A DNA stretch of 64,000 bases from a virus (Duplodnaviria > Caudoviricetes): positions 32,001-96,000 of IMG/VR virus record IMGVR_UViG_2974799246_000001; one strand, given 5' to 3'. This document shows, piece after piece, positions 36,540-46,483 of this stretch (its first letter is position 1; the number at the start of each line of letters is the position of its first letter). The notes beneath the pieces are model-generated. The model made no database searches. It was not told where the DNA came from and saw only the letters and a list, made by a program, of their open reading frames with translations. The position numbers and the translations under genes were made by a program.

Positions 36540-39416
36540 TTACTCGATCTCACTCGGTTCCCAGCACAGAATTGGGCGGCGCCATACTTGGAACACACCG
36601 ATAGGCGAAGCACGGCCAGAATCAATGAAGCAGTCCATAGTTGTACCACCAGAGTTACCGCTCTGCATAAGAGTTTGCAGGTTAGCAATCCAAGAAGCAC
36701 GTCCACCAGAGTCTGCCTCAAACAGTCCTTCCCACACCATATCAAAAGCACCGTTCCATGCGTTGAAGTGGTGAGAAGAATACGCACCATCACCGACTGA
36801 ACAAAGAACCATGTACTGGTAATCTTTGACGCAAGGAATAGCGTAGTTATTGCCGCGCGGAACTGCTGTACCGTTGTTATTAAAGATACACTCCCAGCCA
36901 GTACGATCAGCAGCACCAGTAGTTAAGAACAGAGGACGACGAATGATCATCATAATCCCGTTCTCACCGCCATTGTTGCTGGACTTCTCGCAGTACGCAT
37001 TACAACGTAAGGAACGGTCCACAGTGAATGTGGTTGAGTTTGAGAAGTCACGGCAGTAGTAGTTCGATCCCCACTTAGGCAGATATTCTGCTGGTGGTAC
37101 AAAGAAGTGACGCTCCGCAAGTTCGATCTCACCGTAACGGTCGTAAGCAAATACAATGTACTCGTAGCCCGCCTCAATCTGAATGTTGTGGCCTTGACTG
37201 CCGATACCATTCCACTTCCATACAACCTGCCAATCGTTCGTATCACGTTCAGGCATTTCGGTAATCAACTGATAAGGACGCTCATATACGTGCCACACCT
37301 TCCCTTCTTCTGTCGTGTTGATATACAACGAAGAAGGGTCATTGATGTTGCCGTTAGACGTACCACAATAAACTTTATGCGATGCACCAGCAGAGTTGTA
37401 GATAGTGCCTGAGCTTACAGACTGGAACATGTCCCAGTTCATCATCAGGTGCGAGGTACACATTTCATTCTGGCCACTACCATCAGAGGTTGTGAGCAGG
37501 TACTCGTTGAGGTCTTTGAACGCATAGCGCACATAGTTAGAGCCAGCACGGTTAACGCGGTGTACCCAGTCATGCGATTGAACTTTCGGCACAGGGAAGC
37601 AAGGGTTAGTGACAGACACGACGAAGTTTTTAGTTTCGTACATCGGCAGTTTCTTGAAGCGGTTATCACGAATCGTTACCGTGTGCTTCATGCCATATGT
37701 CTGCGCACCATCCATACCGCCCAGCACTTTGTAGTACGACTCATGCGCACTCTTGGTGTTTTCGTACAGACTAGTGATGCCAAGCCCAACGTTGCCGTCA
37801 CGGTCAGTGCCGCAGCAGAAGGGCACGTTACCTGAATCAAAGTCAAAGCCAACAGAGTAATAGCTGTCAGGTGAACTTGATTTAGGGCCCCAGTAGAGTT
37901 CGGTGTAAGCAGAACCTTCACCGATACCCGGCTCACCGAACACGCAGTATGCAGCACGATACACGTACTGACTGCCCTGGAACACACGGCGCGATGCACC
38001 AATGCGATACATAGCAGCAGGAAGGCCACCCTGAACACGGTTAACGTCAGCCGTATCATACGACACAACGAAGACATAACAGTCGGTGCCGATTGAGTTG
38101 AGGAACGCAGCACAGGCAGCAGCGTTAGTTGTACCTGGAGCTGTACCTTCGGCCGATGCGTGAATGTCAAACGAGCGGCGCTCAAGCAACGCAAGGTCAG
38201 ACTTACGAATCTTATAGACGTTCAGGCCACGCGTATCTCGGTACGTCACACCATTATAGACAGTGTAGCCATAGTCACCAGTGTCTAGGTAACGCTGATA
38301 ACCAACTACGTGCGAGAACAGTTTACTACGTGCTTGCAGCGACTGACCATTCTGATTCGACCAACTGACCGACACATCACCAGCAGCCATACGTGCTGCC
38401 CAGTCATCAGGCTTGTATGGGTATGTGGTAACATCGAAGTTCACACCGTACGCGGAGCCTGGCTCTACGCAGCATGGATTGCGATAGATGATTGGTGGAT
38501 CAATCACTATGTCATCAGGAATATCGACTTGACCGCAGTACAGTTGCTTCCACGTACCAGGCTGACCTCCGAGCGAACTAGGTCCCGCAGCAGGTGTTGT
38601 GTTGAACTGATAGATAGCAGACGTGCGATAGTTAATCTGATTGTGAAGCTGAGGAACGTTCGTCCACGCAATGTGATTACCGAACGAGTTAATGCTTTTG
38701 TCGTGTGCTGCAGGAGTCGAGACAACATAAGCCTGACCGTTACTGCGAATGCCGAGTGGGTTGAAGATAGCGTTGAAGTTAACGTTACCCTCGTAGGCAT
38801 TCTTCTGCAATACAATCAGGTGGACTCCGTTGCGGTGAGCTTCACGTAAAGCAGTGAGCATCGCTGTAGGCATACTCTGGTTAGTCGCAGACAACAGCAG
38901 CATGACACAACTGAACTGTTTGAAGTAACGGTAGTCGCCGTTGTACCCGTAAGCGCCTGCGTTAATCTCCTGCCAGCTATGCGCTAACATATCGAGAGGC
39001 ATACGCTGCATGTAACCAACGAGCTGGCCCCATGATTCCATTGCTGTGTCGTCGTTGACAGGAGCAAGGTCGGAGATGACCAACATCGTACTGCCGTTTG
39101 TAATGTTTGCGTTGAAGCCACGCTGGGTCAGCAAATGGCGGAACACACCCATGTTGTTGATAGACTTGTTACGGTAGTTGCCCATCCAGCCGTAGTTTGA
39201 ATCCACAAGAGGGCTACCGTCTCGAACAAATCGACCATTCATATAAACAGAGGCAAAGCCGCAGACGTATGCTTGCGCGTGTCCGTCCACTACGAACGAA
39301 GTAAAGCGGGAAGCATCTACCGCCATCGCATTAACAGCAGCCTCAGAGCCATTGCCGGGACTACCACTAAACACAGGAGTGATGCCTCGTGCGTACAGGC
39401 AACTTTGTTGCAGCAT
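36540..39416 (-). CDS. large tail/fibre tip protein with ILEI/PANDER (GG-type lectin) domain
   Basis: RGLNV...FD.....FLNSI....VFVVSYD......IGA......YR.AY...G at ~37900-38260. Confidence 0.75.
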   Translation of the reverse strand: MLQQSCLYARGITPVFSGSPGNGSEAAVNAMAVDASRFTSFVVDGHAQAYVCGFASVYMNGRFVRDGSPLVDSNYGWMGNYRNKSINNMGVFRHLLTQRGFNANITNGSTMLVISDLAPVNDDTAMESWGQLVGYMQRMPLDMLAHSWQEINAGAYGYNGDYRYFKQFSCVMLLLSATNQSMPTAMLTALREAHRNGVHLIVLQKNAYEGNVNFNAIFNPLGIRSNGQAYVVSTPAAHDKSINSFGNHIAWTNVPQLHNQINYRTSAIYQFNTTPAAGPSSLGGQPGTWKQLYCGQVDIPDDIVIDPPIIYRNPCCVEPGSAYGVNFDVTTYPYKPDDWAARMAAGDVSVSWSNQNGQSLQARSKLFSHVVGYQRYLDTGDYGYTVYNGVTYRDTRGLNVYKIRKSDLALLERRSFDIHASAEGTAPGTTNAAACAAFLNSIGTDCYVFVVSYDTADVNRVQGGLPAAMYRIGASRRVFQGSQYVYRAAYCVFGEPGIGEGSAYTELYWGPKSSSPDSYYSVGFDFDSGNVPFCCGTDRDGNVGLGITSLYENTKSAHESYYKVLGGMDGAQTYGMKHTVTIRDNRFKKLPMYETKNFVVSVTNPCFPVPKVQSHDWVHRVNRAGSNYVRYAFKDLNEYLLTTSDGSGQNEMCTSHLMMNWDMFQSVSSGTIYNSAGASHKVYCGTSNGNINDPSSLYINTTEEGKVWHVYERPYQLITEMPERDTNDWQVVWKWNGIGSQGHNIQIEAGYEYIVFAYDRYGEIELAERHFFVPPAEYLPKWGSNYYCRDFSNSTTFTVDRSLRCNAYCEKSSNNGGENGIMMIIRRPLFLTTGAADRTGWECIFNNNGTAVPRGNNYAIPCVKDYQYMVLCSVGDGAYSSHHFNAWNGAFDMVWEGLFEADSGGRASWIANLQTLMQSGNSGGTTMDCFIDSGRASPIGVFQVWRRPILCWEPSEIE

Positions 39417-39436
39417 GTTATGTCCTTAAGATCGGC

Positions 39437-39462
39437 AAGAGGGGCCGAAGCCCCTTCTTTTA
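39437..39462 (-). terminator. UUCG hairpin (terminator or stabilising element)
   Basis: Minus strand AAGAAGGGGC-TTCG-GCCCCTCTT. Confidence 0.6.
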
Positions 39463-41478
39463 GTCGAATACTACGTTTGTGATTGCGATGTAGTCCATGT
39501 TGATACCATCACCCCTATCCCAACCAGACGACACGTACAGCCAAATCTCTTGACCGACAGGTACGTCTACGTTTATCGTGTAGGTCTGGATCGCGGTGTT
39601 GTTCAGTGGATGGAAGACATTGTTCGGCGCACTGCGCTCGTACCAATCAAGGCCGCTATGCCATGAACCCTGTCTACCTGAGTAGCGAATATCAACAGTG
39701 ATTTGAGTAATGCGGCGCGTGAAGAAGTTGTTCCATTTGAACCAACCTTTCGAGCCACCCCAAAGAACACCGTAGTCACCGTCAGGCGAACGTACCTGCG
39801 ACCAGAAGTCACCAAAGCCACGACCACCAGTATGTTCAATCTGATAGCAGTACCAAGGGAAACTATCTGCAACAGGAGGCTGTGCGTTGTCACCTTCAAT
39901 CGTCACACAACGATAAGGAACCGTGAAGTCACTAACGTTGATATGCGGCGGCTGAATAGGACAGTACACATAGTACGACCAATCACATCCGATAGGTGCT
40001 GTCACGCGTACAGTGATGTTAGCGCGAAGCACATGCTCAGGGTATTTCCAAAATTCGAGTGTACCAGTTTTCCCAGCTACAACGATTGACGTATCAAGCA
40101 GGTTCATGTTCTGGTCAAACACTTCAAACTTCGTATCAAACGAATTGGCCACACAAACAATAAGCTGTGCGCGAATGTCCGTTTGAGTTCCTAATGCAAA
40201 ATTATCTTCTGTAGTTGGATGCCCGGCAGAGTACACGCTGTAACTCTGACATGGGTGCATAAACTCACGCGCACCACGTTCACCAGGACAGTACAGGCTG
40301 TAGAAGCAACTGGCAAGCGATGCAGCGTTACCGAAGTCCTTGCTAACCACACGCACCATGATATCACACGCAACACCTTTCGGGTCGAAGTAGAAGTACA
40401 GGTAACCTTCTCCCGTCTGTGCGTCAAGTGTTGTTGCGATACGTCTGCCTGATTGATAGACCTCGATGAAGTCGAAGGTTTCCCATGACGTGTAATCGAG
40501 ATACATCCAGCCAGCTACCCAACCTATGAAGTGATAATACTCAAACGCGTTCGAGTTCTGAATGCGTTCTGTAATCGGCCAGACAGTTGCATGACAAGGT
40601 GCCGGGAAGATAGGGCTACCGATATAATCTGGATGAATGACGTCAGGGAAGTTGATAACGTCATACGCTGCCTGACTATCGAGAGCTAATCCACCACGAT
40701 CCGAAGGTGCTGCAAGACGAGGCGGATAGACTTCTAAGCTCCAGCTATAGCCCTGCGTAGTACGCACACGCACCATGATACGCATATCAGCAGCGTCAGG
40801 GTCAAACTGGAACTTGATACGCGAACGACCAACAACCTTACCGCATGTCGAAGCAACACGCACACCCATGTGGTACACGTCAACGCTTGCACCCGCAGGA
40901 GCATACGATGCAATCATCAGCTCCACGTAGCCTTCAACAGCAGGCATTGCGTAGATTGTTTCAGTGATTGTTGCACCACGACCATGAGTGGACGCATACG
41001 GAACGTTAGGGTTAGCATATGTGCCAAGCCCTGAACGCGAGGCCACGCCGACAGGGTCGTAGGTCTCAATAGTCTTAATACCAGGGCGATTGATAGATCG
41101 TCCAGTAGGTGGAGCAAATGAGTTAACAAGGCCGAAGCCAGTACGCCCAGCATCAGGCAAATCAAAGCCAGCAGGATAGCCTTTAAGAATATCATACTTC
41201 TCACGACCACCTGAGCCGATGCCATTACCAGAGCCTTTAGTTGTCGATGTAGGACCGCCGCCACACGCACCAGTTTCGAGATTCGAACAAGGGTCATCGT
41301 AAGTGGGATCGAACGAGTCATCAATTAGATGCCAGCGTTGACCCCACTGATTTCTGACGCTGAACTTCTCAGGAGTAAGAGGAGTCCAGTCACCTTCTTG
41401 TGTGCGTATGAACATAGGCGTGTCAACACAATCGTGCCAACCGTTATTCGCAGCATTACGAACGCGAAAACGTGCCAC
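39460..41478 (-). CDS. virion protein with three tandem beta-sandwich repeats
   Basis: Repeated VY..G.R.A.T...G...F.FDP....IMVRV....Y.P. Confidence 0.8.
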   Translation of the reverse strand: MARFRVRNAANNGWHDCVDTPMFIRTQEGDWTPLTPEKFSVRNQWGQRWHLIDDSFDPTYDDPCSNLETGACGGGPTSTTKGSGNGIGSGGREKYDILKGYPAGFDLPDAGRTGFGLVNSFAPPTGRSINRPGIKTIETYDPVGVASRSGLGTYANPNVPYASTHGRGATITETIYAMPAVEGYVELMIASYAPAGASVDVYHMGVRVASTCGKVVGRSRIKFQFDPDAADMRIMVRVRTTQGYSWSLEVYPPRLAAPSDRGGLALDSQAAYDVINFPDVIHPDYIGSPIFPAPCHATVWPITERIQNSNAFEYYHFIGWVAGWMYLDYTSWETFDFIEVYQSGRRIATTLDAQTGEGYLYFYFDPKGVACDIMVRVVSKDFGNAASLASCFYSLYCPGERGAREFMHPCQSYSVYSAGHPTTEDNFALGTQTDIRAQLIVCVANSFDTKFEVFDQNMNLLDTSIVVAGKTGTLEFWKYPEHVLRANITVRVTAPIGCDWSYYVYCPIQPPHINVSDFTVPYRCVTIEGDNAQPPVADSFPWYCYQIEHTGGRGFGDFWSQVRSPDGDYGVLWGGSKGWFKWNNFFTRRITQITVDIRYSGRQGSWHSGLDWYERSAPNNVFHPLNNTAIQTYTINVDVPVGQEIWLYVSSGWDRGDGINMDYIAITNVVFD

Positions 41479-41487
41479 ATGTTCTCC

Positions 41488-41979
41488 TTATGGGCGAACC
41501 CAGATTGCGCCAGGTGCGATCTCATTATCAATGGCAGGGTCAGTGTCTTGAACAAACACCTGTACTGCACCAGGATTACCGGGAGCACCTGTTGCGCCAG
41601 TAGGACCAGTTGGACCGGCAGGACCACGATTACCCACATAGCCCTGTTTACCCATCTGACCATCAGAGCCACGAGGGCCTGGGCAGCCGTCAGTACCGCG
41701 ACGACCATCGTTACCCATGAGACCGTCGATACCGTCACGACCAGAAGGACCAACACCACCAGCAGGGCCATAGCCTATGCTGTGAATGGTAGGCAGTCCA
41801 GCAATCTGCAACTTACCAATCGACGGGATATTCAGAGCAAGCACACCCGTAAGAGCATCAAACGAACCGTTGAGTGTGCTGTCATCTTCGGCAGTGTCTA
41901 CTGTCAGACCGCCTTGAGTCGCTACGACAGGACCAGATGCGTTGGTCTTGACTAGCGCTATATCAACTTTTTCTACCAT
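41488..41979 (-). CDS. short collagen-like fibre protein
   Basis: Gly-X-Y run, GCPG, C-terminal GAIWV.P. Confidence 0.85.
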   Translation of the reverse strand: MVEKVDIALVKTNASGPVVATQGGLTVDTAEDDSTLNGSFDALTGVLALNIPSIGKLQIAGLPTIHSIGYGPAGGVGPSGRDGIDGLMGNDGRRGTDGCPGPRGSDGQMGKQGYVGNRGPAGPTGPTGATGAPGNPGAVQVFVQDTDPAIDNEIAPGAIWVRP

Positions 41980-41988
41980 GATTACTCC

Positions 41989-42621
41989 TTACGGCCAGGT
42001 AGTGCCTTGATCTTTTGTCGGGTCAACCCAGATTGTTCCAGCGGCAACTGCGCCCGGCTGGGTAGCACTCACGATGATAGACAGACGGCCAGCAGGACCC
42101 GCTGCACCAGTAGGACCAGTAGGACCTGTAGCGCCAGTCTTACCAGTAGGGCCTGTGCCACCACGAGGACCAGTAGGCCCTGTAGGCCCCATAGGACCTG
42201 TGCGACCGTCTGGGCCAGTAGGACCAACAGGTCCAGGCAGACCATCACGGCCATCAGGACCGGGAATACCCTGCTCACCGTCAGGGCCTATCTCACCGTC
42301 ACAGCCCTGTTCACCAGGATTACCGTCACGCCCATCACGACCGTCTTTGCCGTCTGCACCAGTTTCACCACGACCACCCTGACGACCTTCTGGTATGTCA
42401 GCAGCAGTAGGGAAACCATTGACCTTAACAGTCTGTCCGTTAGCAAACTTGAGCGTCAGAATACCGCTGGTGGCATCGAACGACGAGTCGGCAGTAAGCT
42501 CGGACGGCACGTCTGCATCAGAAGGATTGATAGTCAGCGTACCGCGCGAAGCTCTGATTGGAGTGGGCGTAGAAGACGAACCCGCTTGAATGAGGCCCGT
42601 GTTTACTTTAATCAGACCCAT
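41989..42621 (-). CDS. collagen-like fibre protein
   Basis: Gly-X-Y run, GCDG, C-terminal GTIWVDP. Confidence 0.85.
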   Translation of the reverse strand: MGLIKVNTGLIQAGSSSTPTPIRASRGTLTINPSDADVPSELTADSSFDATSGILTLKFANGQTVKVNGFPTAADIPEGRQGGRGETGADGKDGRDGRDGNPGEQGCDGEIGPDGEQGIPGPDGRDGLPGPVGPTGPDGRTGPMGPTGPTGPRGGTGPTGKTGATGPTGPTGAAGPAGRLSIIVSATQPGAVAAGTIWVDPTKDQGTTWP

Positions 42622-44063
42622 TACGTTTTCTCCGCTTTAGCAACGATATCCGTATTGTGCACCAGCACATCTCCTACGAAGTAACAGTCAAACGGGTCAA
42701 CATCTATATCAACCGTCTGCACTTGCTCATCAACGCGAACAAATTCAGATACAGCGATAGGTCCTTTACGACCTAAGACAGTTTGACCAATACGAACGTC
42801 ACGCGCAGGAACATAGCGCCATACGGACTCATCATAAATCAATACTGGGTGTTCGTGAGTGAACTTTTGACCGTTGATCACATAGTAATGATCTTCTTGG
42901 CCGAGCTTCAACGCTTTCACCGCAGCGTACACGGTGTTGCCTTTGAGACTAGGCGAAGACCAATTACGAAACTCCTTAGGCTGGTTCGAGTAGCCAAGCA
43001 GCGCATCGCCGACACGCAAGTTCTCTACAGCTTTAGGACCAACGATAGTGTTCACGGTACTGCCAAACACGATACAGCCAGATGTTGCAGTGTTGATAGG
43101 GTTACGCGCCACGACAGTCAGAGCAGAACGCACCGTAACAGTCGGACGTGATGGTTGACCCATATCAGTTACGAGACAGCTAATGGTGCCTTTGATCGAA
43201 CGATCAGCACCTAAGCCTAAACGCAGATAGAAGTTGACAATGCAGGTATTTGTCTCGACAGCATCAAGAGTCACACCCTCTGTGGTCGTGATAGTCCATT
43301 TGTACTTATACGGACCAACGCCACCACGCGCATTGACAGGCAGATACGCCAACGAAGTAAACACATCAGAGCCTTGCACTGTACGTTGACCTACCATGTA
43401 CAGATTAGACACTGACGCAGCAAGAGGTGTGATTGTAGGCAGAGGCGGCGCAGGAGTAACGTTGGCTGTAGGGTACAACCAGACGAACACTTTACCGTCT
43501 GTAGGCTGTGTGCTCGATAGCACTGCTGTAGTGATAGGCGCTGGCCCAGTAGCACCCGTAGCACCAGCAATACAGCTAGGACCATCGTTACCACGAGGAC
43601 CGATAGGCCCTGTAGGACCCGTTGCGCCGTCAGGACCAGTAGGACCGTCAGGACCTTGACGCCCAGTGTCTCCTGGAGGACCGTCTTCACCGTCACGTCC
43701 AGGGTCACCTACAGGACCAGTCTTACCTCTATTGCCTACACCGCCCGGACAACCTTGTTTGCCGGTCTCACCATCACGCCCGTCACGTCCATCTCGACCA
43801 GGAGAACCTGGAGCGCCTCGACGCCCAGGTTTACCTTCGCCAAACATCGCAACAGTGGGCAATCCAGGGATGTTCACCACATCCCCGTTCTGCTTGATGA
43901 ATACCAACACACCTGTCTTGCTGTTAAATCTTACGCTGGCGAGCTGTGTTAATGTTGCCACATCGGAGTTTTCAAACTTAGCCACTCCGTCAACACCGAT
44001 CAATGATTTACCTTCATCGTTCGGTGTTGTTTCGACTTGCGAAAGTTTTAACTGTGTTGTCAT
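42621..44063 (-). CDS. collagen-like fibre protein with Ig-like domain and C-terminal Hint (intein-like) domain
   Basis: Gly-X-Y run; G/CIVFGS...LRVGD...THEHP...[11 protein letters not shown]. Confidence 0.85.
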   Translation of the reverse strand: MTTQLKLSQVETTPNDEGKSLIGVDGVAKFENSDVATLTQLASVRFNSKTGVLVFIKQNGDVVNIPGLPTVAMFGEGKPGRRGAPGSPGRDGRDGRDGETGKQGCPGGVGNRGKTGPVGDPGRDGEDGPPGDTGRQGPDGPTGPDGATGPTGPIGPRGNDGPSCIAGATGATGPAPITTAVLSSTQPTDGKVFVWLYPTANVTPAPPLPTITPLAASVSNLYMVGQRTVQGSDVFTSLAYLPVNARGGVGPYKYKWTITTTEGVTLDAVETNTCIVNFYLRLGLGADRSIKGTISCLVTDMGQPSRPTVTVRSALTVVARNPINTATSGCIVFGSTVNTIVGPKAVENLRVGDALLGYSNQPKEFRNWSSPSLKGNTVYAAVKALKLGQEDHYYVINGQKFTHEHPVLIYDESVWRYVPARDVRIGQTVLGRKGPIAVSEFVRVDEQVQTVDIDVDPFDCYFVGDVLVHNTDIVAKAEKT

Positions 44064-46399
44064 TTCGGTTCAACCTTAATGCACAAGTTACCAGTCAGCT
44101 TCGAACCATAGCTAGTGATCTGCGAATCAACGATACGCACCTTAGCGACGATATCAATGAAGCCTTGTGGTTGGTTCTCTTTCAGCACCGTGAACATCTG
44201 CGTCAGGCTCACGTTCGAATACGCAATCACTTCTGTCAGACTCGTATCAGAGGTAACTACGTTGAAGCCTGCGCTACCAGTACCTTTGAGGCCACGGCCA
44301 TATTCAGCTTCGGACACGCCAGGCATCTTAAACGACAGGACGTATTCGATATGCTCTTTGCCACTTGTAGCAGCAAAGCCTGGACCAAGTTGACACTGGA
44401 AGTCAGCGATGCACGTCAGGAACACACCCTTAGAGAAGTCGATACGTTGAACGATGGTCAGTTCTTCGGAGTCTTCGACGTTCTGTTGGATGTTGTACAT
44501 GTTCTTCGGGTCGGCTTCTTCGGCGAGCGCCTGTGTATTGCTGATCGTAATCTCTGGCCATGTGCCTTTGATAACGATACCTTCACCCTGAATGATTGAA
44601 GGAGCAGCGATTGGCACGTCGATTGGAGGCAGACCTTGACGCTTGAACATGTAACCTGTTGGCGTAGGAATAGCGTCGATGATAACACCATCAACTGAGC
44701 TATCTTTTGAACCTACAGCCATGACGTTCTCGAAGATTGTTATCTCAACGAGTGTATCGGCAGGTACCTGCGAAGTTGTTTTCAGTACGTTGCCAGCTAC
44801 CGTGAAGTCAAGCGGATGAACGGTCAGACCGCCCATTGCCATTACGCAGTGCGCTTTATTCAGTGGTGTAGTTGGCAGAACAAATGTATCAGCATCATAA
44901 GGCAGGCGATACTGAGCAACACGAATACGAGTAGACCAGTTGGCGCGTTCTTCATAGCGAGCCACGTAGAATGAATACTTCTGACCAGATGGAATTGCTT
45001 CGGTCAGCGTTACCTTGTTACCAGCATTGAGCTTGTAGACCGTCGTTGGCTGCCAAGTAGAACCGACAACGCAGAAGATCATGTCAACGCTATCAATCGG
45101 CTTGTTGCCGAGAGTGAACGTAGTAGTCTGGCCGTCACCTGTGCCTTCGTATGTATCGAACAACACCACATGGCCCTGCGACGGTTCAATACGGAACTGT
45201 CTTAGGTCAAGCGTCATACGCTGTTCAGGATAGGACGAAAGCAGAAGCTGGTCATCAACAACGCTGTACGCAACACGAGGCTGCAAGACACCTGATGTAC
45301 CTACAAGAAGGTCAGTAGAGCTATCAAGGATCTCGGACAGCGTGTAGCGCATCTTATCAGGAGTTGCTGTAGTCACGACGGAGCTAAACAGCATCTTGCC
45401 TGGAGGTACGAACAACGTCGCCATTGTCTGACGAGAGCTACCACCAACAGGCGCCCAATAAGGCTTCGCGTCTTTACCGCGCATCAATGCCCAGGATTCA
45501 GGCACTTCATTGTTATCAGGCCAAGGTAGACCAGCAGTAGGCGTAGTCGGGTTAGTGATTCGACGCCATACAGCAATCGTCGTCTGGGCAGATACGAATG
45601 GAATCGCACCGTCTTGGTTAACAAGCTGTCCGCCTGTGAACTTGAAGTGACGACACGCACCAGCACCTGTACCTGAGATTGTTTGAATAAGCACAATCTC
45701 ATTCGCTTTCAACACGGTAGACAGCGAAGCAATCTTGAACGTGTTAGCGTTAATGAATCCAGACGAGGTAATCTGACCACTGAACACACGGTCATGCTCG
45801 CTGAATGCCCAGTAGTAGGAGCCTGCTCCATAACGATACGCAGTGCCTGGAGAGCGCGAGCCATCAGAGTTAACGTGCATGTCGAGTACAGACACGGCAT
45901 TGAACACGTTGTCGCTCAAGCTCGGCAGATTTTCAAGCGTGGCCACACTCGGAATAGAAGTGTAGTCGGCCATCTTAACAGCAAGAATCTTTTGAATGTC
46001 CTGCTGAATATGAACGAGTAAGCTCACACGACTGATACTGTTAGGTACAGCGATGATAGGCTCTTGCAGGACAATGTGACCAAACGGTCTATTGTCAGAA
46101 AGCATAATCAGTATTTCACCGACACGCTTCAACTGCTCCCCAGCGGTGTAGCTGAGTTTTATGTCAAAGATAAAGCGAGCGCTGTTCTCGGTAAGAACCT
46201 GAACATATGACAATGCGCCCGACGCAAGCTCGTTGCCAAGTAACTGCTCTGGAACCACTGCTGGGTTAGAGCCTACAAAGTCACCTGCTTTAAACGACAC
46301 TGGCTGGACAGCGAGTCCGCCAGAATTAGCGTTCGCAACGGCCTGTTCTCCCTGAGGCGTTAGACGCAGAACGTCAACGTAGATAGATTCAGTGGCCAT
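44060..46399 (-). CDS. baseplate-attached fibre platform/tail fibre protein
   Basis: N-terminal LT..G...(tail-collar-like) region; repeated T.F.L...V..GV.Q.P..Y modules. Confidence 0.7.
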   Translation of the reverse strand: MATESIYVDVLRLTPQGEQAVANANSGGLAVQPVSFKAGDFVGSNPAVVPEQLLGNELASGALSYVQVLTENSARFIFDIKLSYTAGEQLKRVGEILIMLSDNRPFGHIVLQEPIIAVPNSISRVSLLVHIQQDIQKILAVKMADYTSIPSVATLENLPSLSDNVFNAVSVLDMHVNSDGSRSPGTAYRYGAGSYYWAFSEHDRVFSGQITSSGFINANTFKIASLSTVLKANEIVLIQTISGTGAGACRHFKFTGGQLVNQDGAIPFVSAQTTIAVWRRITNPTTPTAGLPWPDNNEVPESWALMRGKDAKPYWAPVGGSSRQTMATLFVPPGKMLFSSVVTTATPDKMRYTLSEILDSSTDLLVGTSGVLQPRVAYSVVDDQLLLSSYPEQRMTLDLRQFRIEPSQGHVVLFDTYEGTGDGQTTTFTLGNKPIDSVDMIFCVVGSTWQPTTVYKLNAGNKVTLTEAIPSGQKYSFYVARYEERANWSTRIRVAQYRLPYDADTFVLPTTPLNKAHCVMAMGGLTVHPLDFTVAGNVLKTTSQVPADTLVEITIFENVMAVGSKDSSVDGVIIDAIPTPTGYMFKRQGLPPIDVPIAAPSIIQGEGIVIKGTWPEITISNTQALAEEADPKNMYNIQQNVEDSEELTIVQRIDFSKGVFLTCIADFQCQLGPGFAATSGKEHIEYVLSFKMPGVSEAEYGRGLKGTGSAGFNVVTSDTSLTEVIAYSNVSLTQMFTVLKENQPQGFIDIVAKVRIVDSQITSYGSKLTGNLCIKVEPK

Positions 46400-46443
46400 C
46401 AAAGAACTCCTTGGGTTTTAACTCATCTAAATTAGCGTAAATG

Positions 46444-46481
46444 AAAAAGGGAGCCGGAACATGTGCTCCAGACTCCCTTTA
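46444..46481 (-). terminator. intrinsic terminator
   Basis: Minus strand AAAAGGGAGTCTGGAGC...GTTCCGGCTCCCTTTTT. Confidence 0.8.
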
Positions 46482-46483
46482 TT

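Noticed and set aside
35712-44079. Pro/Gly-rich + strand ORFs (35712, 42007, 42074, 43666 and others)
   Set aside because: Antisense shadows of collagen Gly-X-Y codons.
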